A stretch of DNA of 39,170 nucleotides from Candidatus Uhrbacteria bacterium RIFOXYB12_FULL_58_10 (GTDB taxonomy: Bacteria > Patescibacteriota > Patescibacteriia > UBA9934 > GWF2-40-263): the NCBI GenBank assembly GCA_943357025.1, contig CALRGA010000002.1:1-39170 (forward strand), in the 5' to 3' direction. Below the pieces are notes generated by a model, which ran no database searches, was not told the DNA's origin, and was given only the letters and a program-made list of their open reading frames with translations. The position numbers and the translations under genes were made by a program. This document shows positions 33,601 through 39,170 of this stretch, piece after piece. The number at the start of each line of letters is the position of its first letter. Positions within the stretch are counted from its first letter, which is position 1.

Positions 33601-36600
33601 CTCCTGTGTACTTCGCATAATCGATGGTTCCGTCGCCGCAGCGGGTGCCCGCCTTGCTAGAGCCGGCGTTGAGACAAACGGAGGAGCAGCCGTCCGTGTC
33701 GATCGCATTTCCGTCGTCGCACTCCTCGCCGAGCGAAGATTCGAAGCTACCGTCGCCGCACGTGGCGGGATCCGAATTTCCAACGAACAGGCAGGACGAC
33801 GAGCAGCCGGATCCGCCGTCGCATTCCTCACCGCCGGCCGTAAGGTCGCCGAAGGAATCCTCGTTCGACGTGTGCGTCACGTCCCCGTCGCCGCACACGG
33901 GGTCGTACTTGGACAGAGTCACGCCGGAGTGAAGACAGCTGGTGGAGCATCCGGCCTCGAGACGCGTGGTCAAAAGCAGCGGATCCACAGCGGAACGCAG
34001 CATTGTCGCTACGTCGTCCGTCGTTTCCGGCTTTGCGTTTGACGTCGAATCCACCGACTCCCACGCGTCCCAGTCGTATCCGGACGCGTCAAGCTGCTGG
34101 CCATCCACCTCGCAGTCGTCTGGAGAGCCGAACGGAACGGCCTGCCAGAGCGTCTGCTCGCCAATAATCGTCGCGGACGCGGCGACCGGATCGGTCACGA
34201 CGCGGTCGACCGCACAAACTTCCGTCGTGTCCTTGGTCTTGAATTTCCAGGAAAAGGCATCCTCAAAGTATCCGTTGTCATCGGAAGGATAGTTGCTGCC
34301 CGACTCGGACAGGGCCACGCCGGAAACGGACGTGACCGATCCGTCGATTACGATACGGTACCAAGTATTGGCCTCGAATTGCTTCTGGCCTTCGCCCGAA
34401 TGAACGAGATCAAGCAAGGTGGTTCCGTAGACATGGCTCACGGAGTAGTCCGAGGCCGTCCAGAGGTCGCCAGCCACGATCTCCTCGTACGCGCACAAAT
34501 CATCATGGCACGTATATATTTCCACCGTGTCCACCGAGAGATCGCTTGCCATCGCGGTATTGAACGTCGCGCTGATCGCCGCGTTCAGGCACACCGTGTC
34601 GCAGCTCGGGGTCCAGGAAACGACCTCCGGATCGGTGAAGTTGATGGTGAGCTCGCCATTGTCTTCCGGGTCGACGTCACCGTCGGGGTTGGCGGCGGTC
34701 GCCTTGATGTTGACCGGCGATCCGCTAAGGGTTTCGGCGAGCGCGGTGGCGACGTTGGCGCAGGAATAGACGGTCAATCCGCCCTCGGATGTTGTGGACG
34801 CAACGGACGCGGGAATCGACGCCAAATCCGACTCAGACGACGTCCAGGTCCAACCGTACGCCGTGCAGTTCAGAGCGACGCAATAGTCGTTTTCAGAAAG
34901 TGCCTGGCCGGAATAATTCACCCGTTCGTTCTCAGCAACCGCGGTAAACTCCGACGGCATGGCGGACACGGACCCGATCTTGCACGGTTCCGTCGACGTG
35001 GAAGTCGTGAACGTCCAGGAGTAATCGTTCGCCATGTACGCGGCCGGGGTGTCTTCCGTTTCAATCGTGTGGATGCCGGACGAAAGGAGCGTCACGGTAT
35101 ACGTGGTGCTTGGAAGGAACTCGCCATCCGCTGGGTTCCACTCGAAAAGATATGCGCTCGTAGTGCGGATCTCGCCTTCCACGACGGTTTCATCCTCCTT
35201 GGTCACCACGACTTTCGGTGCGGGATCCGTCCAATCAATCGCCTGGTCGAACGTCGCGGTCACCGCCGAGTTTACGCAGATGTCCTCGGACGCGCTTCGG
35301 AAATTCCAAGGCGCCGGCGAGGTTCCCCTGCCCGATTCGCAAAAGATACTGACCTTCGGAGTCGCCGGAATGTTACCGGTGGAGAACATCCAGGAGTAGT
35401 GAGACTCCTCGGGTTCCTTGGGACAGCTCACGGAGCATGATCCGTTGCCGCAGCATTCCTCGCCCGTTCCGCAGGTAATCGTCCCCTCTGTACAGCTTCC
35501 CACCTGGAAATTCAGGCCGTTGGAGCGGTAGCCGGAAGAATCGAGGACGTACACGGGTCCGGTGGCAGATCCGACCGGGACGGTGTCGGTGGTAACGGAC
35601 GCGTCGTACCAGCTCAGGGTCTGCGCCGAAACTTCCGAGGAGAACAAAACATCGGCCATGTCATATTTCGAGCCAAGATTGTCTCCCGAAATCACGACGC
35701 CGTCCGCCGTAACGGTTGCCGTCGACGCGGGACCGGAGCTCGGGTCGATGTTACAGATGCCCGGGCCGGGAGTTCCTCCGAGGATCGTGAACTCGACCCC
35801 TTCGCTCTCAGCGCCCGGGACGGTTCGAACTGTGACCGCGTACGACGATCCCGTCGCGACGGGATCGCCCGATCCTTCTGTCGCATAGTATTCAGCCGGA
35901 ACCTTGAACGTAATTTCCGTATCCTCCCACGTGTCGTCGCCGCACGCCTCGGGGAAATCGAAATCGCCGTACGCGATCCCCGTCGAGTCCGTGAAGATGA
36001 CGTTTCCCTTCCCCGTGCCGAAGCCCGTTCCGGTAATCGTGACGTACTGCCCCGGCGGCCCCCAGTCGTCGTGCGAGTCACAGCTGTCGCCGTCGCCGCG
36101 CCCGTCGCATTCCTCGCTGAATCCGTCCACGGCAGCACAAAGCGATCCTCCCTCGCTCCCGCTGCACCCCATCCATCCGGAAACCACCGCCGCGATAATC
36201 GGATCGCTCGACGTTTCCGAGTCGATAACCGTGAATGAAACCTTGTTGGAACCCTGGCGCAGCGAGACGCAGTCGCCGTCCGAGCCGCAGTCCTCGTCAG
36301 TGTCGCAGAACGCGTCGGATCCCGAGCAGCGCATCGTCTCGCAGGTTTCGCCGGATGCCTCCGCGCAGTCCAAGTCCGTCGAGCAAATCTCGCCCCGCAC
36401 TCCCTGGGACGTCGCGCAGACGTAATCCCCCACCCAGACCTGGGTAGAATAGGCGCGCGCGTTCAGCAGCGGAACCTGCGCGGAGATTTCCGTGTCCTTC
36501 CAGCTGAAGTATTCGGAAGCCTCGTAGTTTTCAAAGTAAACCGTGGACGTCCCTTGGTCCGTTTCTCCCGCCGAAAAGAAATTATTTCCTGACAATCCGA

Positions 36601-38371
36601 CCACGGAGCGTCCGACCCCAAACGTCGGCGAAGGCGGGCAGAGGCCCGGGCGAACGACCGAGTTGACGTCGAAGTCGTTGATCGTCGCGCCGTAATCGTC
36701 GTTCGTGTCGTCGACGTACGCCTCGGTGTGCGTCGCGTCGATTCCGGTCGTGACGCGAATCGGGCCGTCTTTCATCGAGCCGGAAACCTGCACGATGATC
36801 TGCTCGTCCGTCCAGGTGGAACCTGTCTCGCACTGGTACTCGGACGCCGTCACGGGATTCGAGTACGTTCCGTTCGTATCGACCGCGCCGAGGAACTGAA
36901 CGGAGCCAGGGGTCGTGCCGAACCCGGAACCGATGATCGAGACGATATTTCCTTCCGCGCCGTCTCCGGGCGAGACGGACGTGATCTGCGGGATGCTCGC
37001 GCAGACGCCGTCGATGACGAGTCCCGTCGTCGAGTCAATCTCTCCCGAGCAATATCCGCTCGCGCATTGCGCGTTCGACGTGCACGGCGACCCGTCGCAC
37101 GCTCCGCAGGTGTTTCCGCCGCAGTCGACTTCTTCCTCCGCAAGGTCCTCCGAGACGTCCGGAACCACGTCCTGCACGCCGTTGTTGCATGACGCCGGAT
37201 AGATTTCGACCGTCACGTCGGACGAGGTTTTCGAATGCCCGGCACAATCGACTCCTGTTGCCCGAACGGCGTGCGTTCCCGTCGCGTAGTCGGAAGAGAC
37301 GTACCATTCCGTTCCGTCCGCCGTGGAGAAGTAGTTCTCGGAGGAAAGTGCGCCCACGGTCGAATCTGTGGCCAGGGACGCGTCGTAAATTGAGTCTCCG
37401 TTGTCGATCGTAAAATAGAGGCTGGAGACGCCTGTGTCATCCAAGGTATATGCCTGAAGAGGGCGTATCTCGTTCGTAAACACGGCAGCTCCCTCCTCCG
37501 GCGCCTTCAGGTCTATTGTCGTCGGCCCCTCGGTGTCCACGTCCGATCCCGTCGTGAACGAGAACGTGCACGGGTACGTCGCGTCGCACTTGTACGACAG
37601 GTCGTTCGAGCTCTTCAGGAATGTCTCACTCAGCTCGATATCATAGTCCGTATTCGCGTCGAAGCAGCGGTCCGACACTTTATATTCAGCTCCGCAATCC
37701 TGGGTCGGAACGAACGAGATCGATTTCGACGAGGTCGCTGCGCTGCCGTCCGTCGCCTGGAACGTTCCAAGAACGTCCGTTCCCGACTTTTGGACGCGGA
37801 TTCCGCCGTTATTGATCGACTCAAGCGTTGCTCGTTGGCTGAAGAGAAACTGCAGCTGGAGATTCTTCAGGGCATACGCGCATTCCGTGTTGACGCTCGT
37901 CAGCACGAACTGGCTCGACGTCCCTCCCCCGTCGCCGTACCCTCCTCCCGTTCCGCCGCTCCCCGACGACGTGCTCGTTCCGCCAAGCGCGCCGACCAGC
38001 TGTCCGAGAATGAACTGCACGATCGCGAATGCCGACAGGATGATGACCAGCCCGACAATCGCGCTGGAGAAAAGCTTCTTCGCGCTTTTAATCTTCTCGT
38101 CGTTCCCGCCGGACGTCATGTATTTGAACCCGCCGATGAGGATCAGGATCACCGCGAGGATGCCGAGGATCGACATCACGGTTCGGATGAGCCGCGCGAT
38201 TGTGATCGTGAGTCCGTCTCCGGTCGAGAACCCGGCCTGCTCGGCAAAGGTGCTGAGGCCGGACGTCGGATCGACGACCTGGGCAAACGCGTGCGGGGCA
38301 ACCGCAAGGGCTCCTGCCGTCACGAAGACGGCGACAAGGATCGAGAGGAGGCTCTTGCGGGAAAACATCAT
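27686..38371 (-). CDS. Giant (3,561 aa) secreted/membrane-anchored multidomain surface protein: signal peptide, TrbC/VirB2-like two-helix anchor, Ig-like and IPT/TIG-like modules, Myxococcus-type cysteine-rich (DUF4215-like) repeat arrays, C-terminal vWA-like domain
   Basis: Single uninterrupted 10,686-nt ORF with gene-like GC3 bias throughout. aa 1-30 MMFSRKSLLSILVAVFVTAGALAVAPHAFA|Q. aa 55-128 ..IARLIRTVMSILGILAVILILIGGFKYMTSGGNDEKIKSAKKLFSSAIVGLVIILSAFAIVQFILGQL. IPT-like PQITSVSPGDGAEGNIVSIIGSGFG. About 13 CGDG/CGNG...E(E/D)CDDG...DGCS..C units (aa 1493-1765 and 2604-3055). vWA-like ..VAVYFITDYTVTM....KIIVLLSDGE.. Confidence 0.85.
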   Translation of the reverse strand: MMFSRKSLLSILVAVFVTAGALAVAPHAFAQVVDPTSGLSTFAEQAGFSTGDGLTITIARLIRTVMSILGILAVILILIGGFKYMTSGGNDEKIKSAKKLFSSAIVGLVIILSAFAIVQFILGQLVGALGGTSTSSGSGGTGGGYGDGGGTSSQFVLTSVNTECAYALKNLQLQFLFSQRATLESINNGGIRVQKSGTDVLGTFQATDGSAATSSKSISFVPTQDCGAEYKVSDRCFDANTDYDIELSETFLKSSNDLSYKCDATYPCTFSFTTGSDVDTEGPTTIDLKAPEEGAAVFTNEIRPLQAYTLDDTGVSSLYFTIDNGDSIYDASLATDSTVGALSSENYFSTADGTEWYVSSDYATGTHAVRATGVDCAGHSKTSSDVTVEIYPASCNNGVQDVVPDVSEDLAEEEVDCGGNTCGACDGSPCTSNAQCASGYCSGEIDSTTGLVIDGVCASIPQITSVSPGDGAEGNIVSIIGSGFGTTPGSVQFLGAVDTNGTYSNPVTASEYQCETGSTWTDEQIIVQVSGSMKDGPIRVTTGIDATHTEAYVDDTNDDYGATINDFDVNSVVRPGLCPPSPTFGVGRSVVGLSGNNFFSAGETDQGTSTVYFENYEASEYFSWKDTEISAQVPLLNARAYSTQVWVGDYVCATSQGVRGEICSTDLDCAEASGETCETMRCSGSDAFCDTDEDCGSDGDCVSLRQGSNKVSFTVIDSETSSDPIIAAVVSGWMGCSGSEGGSLCAAVDGFSEECDGRGDGDSCDSHDDWGPPGQYVTITGTGFGTGKGNVIFTDSTGIAYGDFDFPEACGDDTWEDTEITFKVPAEYYATEGSGDPVATGSSYAVTVRTVPGAESEGVEFTILGGTPGPGICNIDPSSGPASTATVTADGVVISGDNLGSKYDMADVLFSSEVSAQTLSWYDASVTTDTVPVGSATGPVYVLDSSGYRSNGLNFQVGSCTEGTITCGTGEECCGNGSCSVSCPKEPEESHYSWMFSTGNIPATPKVSIFCESGRGTSPAPWNFRSASEDICVNSAVTATFDQAIDWTDPAPKVVVTKEDETVVEGEIRTTSAYLFEWNPADGEFLPSTTYTVTLLSSGIHTIETEDTPAAYMANDYSWTFTTSTSTEPCKIGSVSAMPSEFTAVAENERVNYSGQALSENDYCVALNCTAYGWTWTSSESDLASIPASVASTTSEGGLTVYSCANVATALAETLSGSPVNIKATAANPDGDVDPEDNGELTINFTDPEVVSWTPSCDTVCLNAAISATFNTAMASDLSVDTVEIYTCHDDLCAYEEIVAGDLWTASDYSVSHVYGTTLLDLVHSGEGQKQFEANTWYRIVIDGSVTSVSGVALSESGSNYPSDDNGYFEDAFSWKFKTKDTTEVCAVDRVVTDPVAASATIIGEQTLWQAVPFGSPDDCEVDGQQLDASGYDWDAWESVDSTSNAKPETTDDVATMLRSAVDPLLLTTRLEAGCSTSCLHSGVTLSKYDPVCGDGDVTHTSNEDSFGDLTAGGEECDGGSGCSSSCLFVGNSDPATCGDGSFESSLGEECDDGNAIDTDGCSSVCLNAGSSKAGTRCGDGTIDYAKYTGGEDCDDDNSFSGDGCSSVCLNEGGEVVDEGSYSTCGNGGVPEEGEDCDDGDTVDDDGCSAECLYEGADVCAFECSLSGVNCTGIGSLCDDMDDGSSGGSCLPVVAPCSGDGRVDYTGVDGAWSDQSEDCDDGGTDDGDGCSSEGLSEGSSLDYSSYCGDGVITGDEDTGGEECDAAAASTDAHYGYWGVSRISASAASDVVDGTASATITATESDSGETGDGALTLICSSVTDEDCGNTELYGSGTSGCCFERPEVDGQYPMDGDGDVCRNTAIYVNFTDVMDSTSLSSWTDSNEDGIFNYGEGHQNLYLELTLLDGEEVTALNCPSTYTQSYLAFSESTSRSWIARAWNWVVRSVSQIFASVAHAELSAADQDKTFACIIPVTYDLTTESMTDSVGSHVALNIADALEADSEYQLVVVEDADPTNAADTISGVLSENAVSIDASGTGAVRLEGLEGDANIVVSTFTTGPEICTLDSVTVEDLGTVDSLTVPYIADPSIGYFTAADETHSVLASAYSIRGGQEVAIQETTAYGWSWTWGTSVAADSTTNTNVIDTPEASESTDVETSTATASGLTGTEYVVSTATFDESNTFEDANDAVSGTLLLTANVCDNLPTIGFPYVDSLSKFSFFYCRDYGVAGDESDDLPEIGTLVDGTYVPIDVTSYTTDIIQELIFKVEGTSDAIGVRVLPNGTYLSPYAWYDEMGFTGSPSGTTVDGYNAVTDGNTTYVAATNVKFGTIYSNVVAVSYTEDAEATSQEIFSQILENWSFNANDSIVTDVNLCQSAADESYQTDADTGEFIACEWDGDCESGQTCDAEKAKLTRDLQRLQDVTVIAGLLDDYGEANGLCSVTTNQACTSDDSCPGDETCEASVPKLADGTFISSFSFSAWPSWASGLGNALGSSVPSDPLNEFFACDGENYESATCWNSIAATFMCPDESHVYGYRSVGGLSFELKAALEYEDDVWYGEIDPTDLGTVTLEYDYDGDSADLERGFIKGSSAEAFCTGDEIGVSAICGDGIRNTDETSDNYEACEIGDVVSGDTACDTDGDGIGEGVLCSSDDDCSTGTCEAIDCGTDGGTISTTCESDCSSYRTVTESEDEDGAACVDYSCGNGVVETGETCDDGDANGTYGHCGDDCSTDSAFFCGDGYLAGGEECDCGESTNFSDLMSGTDATYGTSSWAYLNSCANSNGQWERRPTGTCSYDCKSPGPSCGDGEINGSEECDGDYAAWAGALCDDGTECTTDDDCSSGTCGTGTTAPDGSAACGTSIVCSGASDVGTPCYGTPANCDSGSCTDGFCDDVSDQGIPCEDDQPDGATDHDSYIGDAVDGRTTCQFECGTVTYNLTRTRTCKTAERLMCTWDDWTSCVSEEYCGNGSVDGTEECDDGNDDDTDACTTSCEENVCGDGEVYSGVESCDDGSDNGTACDASYDSTCHYCTANCQYKTTSGEYCGDGEVNGSEYCDGSDLPYYCFDNAYIDADSDGAVDDHAMDQAGTCDATDEGTATGCESGFTCRKMGICNGGTQNGEYCTMNPDSTGTAHTTRINDKSACDGGTCVAPTCSLTCEASCPFTYETTAVLATTEEVGAAASDSIDLYSYDPLSEEIDQASLSLPACTVGTKITADVNTSNVETPSVAVYFITDYTVTMTRDINGATIASDDTSTQSRIALVSAAEASAISTLYDSLSSGDLQIGLLRLGALYNPGTANEGYLIDMELGSNDENDLITTVEGYAAGTDIDSGPPFYAGLKYAIQQLDQTTADAKIIVLLSDGEVFEDRSNDYCTTSTNAGSCYGSYLPLACGKESDNETDYYNYYCCTKEVADGLLNSCSADNDVGADAAIRGSGDVLIYTAGITATSTNAYASYMAHLSSDDCGEDYDDISDCLTRTYSYSAQDEAGVATMYDAIIDSVLGVTVGLTVDETLTPGTVTSGHNRELPFPTNFECTGEEMNIPMTVDFNGGGYISLDDIAFTYCPVP

Positions 38372-38377
38372 AGCAGT

Positions 38378-39170
38378 TTATTCGTAGGAATCTGGAAGCA
38401 GGTGGGTGTCTCCTGGATTGGCCGTGCCGTAGCCGTCCGGGTACGTTGTTTCACAGGCTTTTTCCTGCGGTTGACCGTTGCAGCAGTAGGCAGTCCCGGC
38501 CTTCGTCCCACACATATTGGTGGAAGATCCAATGCCGTCAACGTTCGCCTTCGGTCCATCGGGCGGAAACATACAAATCTGGTACGCCGACTTCACGTTA
38601 CGCATCACAACAGGGTCGTATGCCCAGCCAAGGTCGTCGATGCTAACCATCGTCGGATGGTCGATGCTGGCGGTGGTGTACAGCGCGTCGCCATCGCCGT
38701 CCAGGAAGTCTGTCTTGCCCGTCGTGAACCAGAACTGGTACCACGGGTCGGGCCAGAGCGATACGTTGTCGGTGTTCAGCGTTGACGAGCGCATCGGGAC
38801 GGAAAAGTCGACCGTGACCGGCGCGTCGTTGGCCGCTTCCTCCTCGCGAATGTCGGGACGCATCGCCATGATGTACGGGACGACGTTGTTGATCTCGTCG
38901 GTGATCGTGTTCGTCCAGTATGCCGTGTCATCGGGCGGACCCTCACCCTCCTCGTCCTCGTCGCCGTCGAGCGAGTTCGCGGCCGCGTCCACGAGCCCGT
39001 CGAACGAGACGCCCACGGGCTCGGCCTGCGGGGCGTCGGTGAGCGAGACCGTCGCTGCCTTCGCCGTGATCGTCAGCTCGTCGTCGCTGCCGTCATCGGT
39101 CGCGGGAAGGCAGTAGATGGTGTCGCCGCACGGGTCGACGCCGCACGCCTCGGTGGGCGTGAACTCGATG
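38378..39170 (-). CDS. Surface protein with an Ig-like (SbsA/Big_5-style) module and a Cys-rich C-terminus; 5' end off the right edge
   Basis: The track ORF 38378..39016 begins at an internal GTG. My translation of the same frame stays open to the window edge (..IEFTPTEACGVDPCGDTIYCLPATDDGSDDELTITAKAATVSLTDAPQAEPVGVSFDGLVDAAANSLDGD..). C-terminal ..CMFPPDGPKANVDGIGSSTNMCGTKAGTAYCCNGQPQEKACE... The stop is 6 nt before the giant gene's ATG. Confidence 0.6.
   Translation of the reverse strand, partial: IEFTPTEACGVDPCGDTIYCLPATDDGSDDELTITAKAATVSLTDAPQAEPVGVSFDGLVDAAANSLDGDEDEEGEGPPDDTAYWTNTITDEINNVVPYIMAMRPDIREEEAANDAPVTVDFSVPMRSSTLNTDNVSLWPDPWYQFWFTTGKTDFLDGDGDALYTTASIDHPTMVSIDDLGWAYDPVVMRNVKSAYQICMFPPDGPKANVDGIGSSTNMCGTKAGTAYCCNGQPQEKACETTYPDGYGTANPGDTHLLPDSYE

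Noticed and set aside
27686-38371. Diversity-generating retroelement, or a phase-variable or recoded giant gene.
   Set aside because: No reverse-transcriptase ORF is present. I could not see any template/variable near-duplicate pair. There are no homopolymer or short tandem tracts at the 5' end. The ORF is intact without frameshift.

Overview
High-GC bacterial chromosome segment. The compact housekeeping set, pilin-like membrane anchors, thrombospondin-type-3 repeat membrane proteins and tight gene packing suggest a Patescibacteria/CPR (Parcubacteria-like) genome; that placement is inference only. Left to right: (i) a minus-strand operon with an AI-2E family transporter, three small membrane proteins and a 3'-truncated trypsin-like protein; (ii) tmRNA (ssrA) converging on smpB; (iii) infC-rpmI-rplT; (iv) a Pro/Ala-rich membrane protein and a pseudouridine synthase; (v) an aldo/keto reductase with two secreted hypothetical proteins; (vi) tRNA-Asp; (vii) a MacAB-like adaptor/ATPase/permease operon; (viii) an ABC-F ATPase, a BaiN/HI0933-type flavoprotein and a small ORF; (ix) a long co-directional minus-strand block: 5'-truncated Ig-like surface protein, a giant 3,561-aa surface protein, three small single-pass proteins with thrombospondin-type-3-like repeats, ybeY, dgkA, ftsA, ftsZ, nrdR, htrA, pyk. 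The most unusual content is the giant gene (27686-38371). It has a signal peptide, a TrbC/VirB2-like two-helix anchor, Ig/IPT-like modules, about 13 'CGDG..EECDDGN..DGCS..C' cysteine-rich repeats and a C-terminal vWA-like domain. It sits in a surface-protein module directly upstream of the division genes. The second theme is several palindromic repeat families: an AT-rich 'GTGGATACGAAT' element in 3 copies, two of them next to promoters, and GC-rich hairpin elements. Some of these lie in frame inside genes, including two inside pyk, reminiscent of Rickettsia palindromic elements. The third theme is sigma70-like promoters with 17-nt spacers, of which at least four put the -10 box exactly 9 nt before the ATG with no Shine-Dalgarno (leaderless-type). 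No CRISPR array, transposase, integrase, reverse transcriptase or rRNA was seen. Many long Arg/Pro-rich ORFs in the track are high-GC shadow frames and are rejected.
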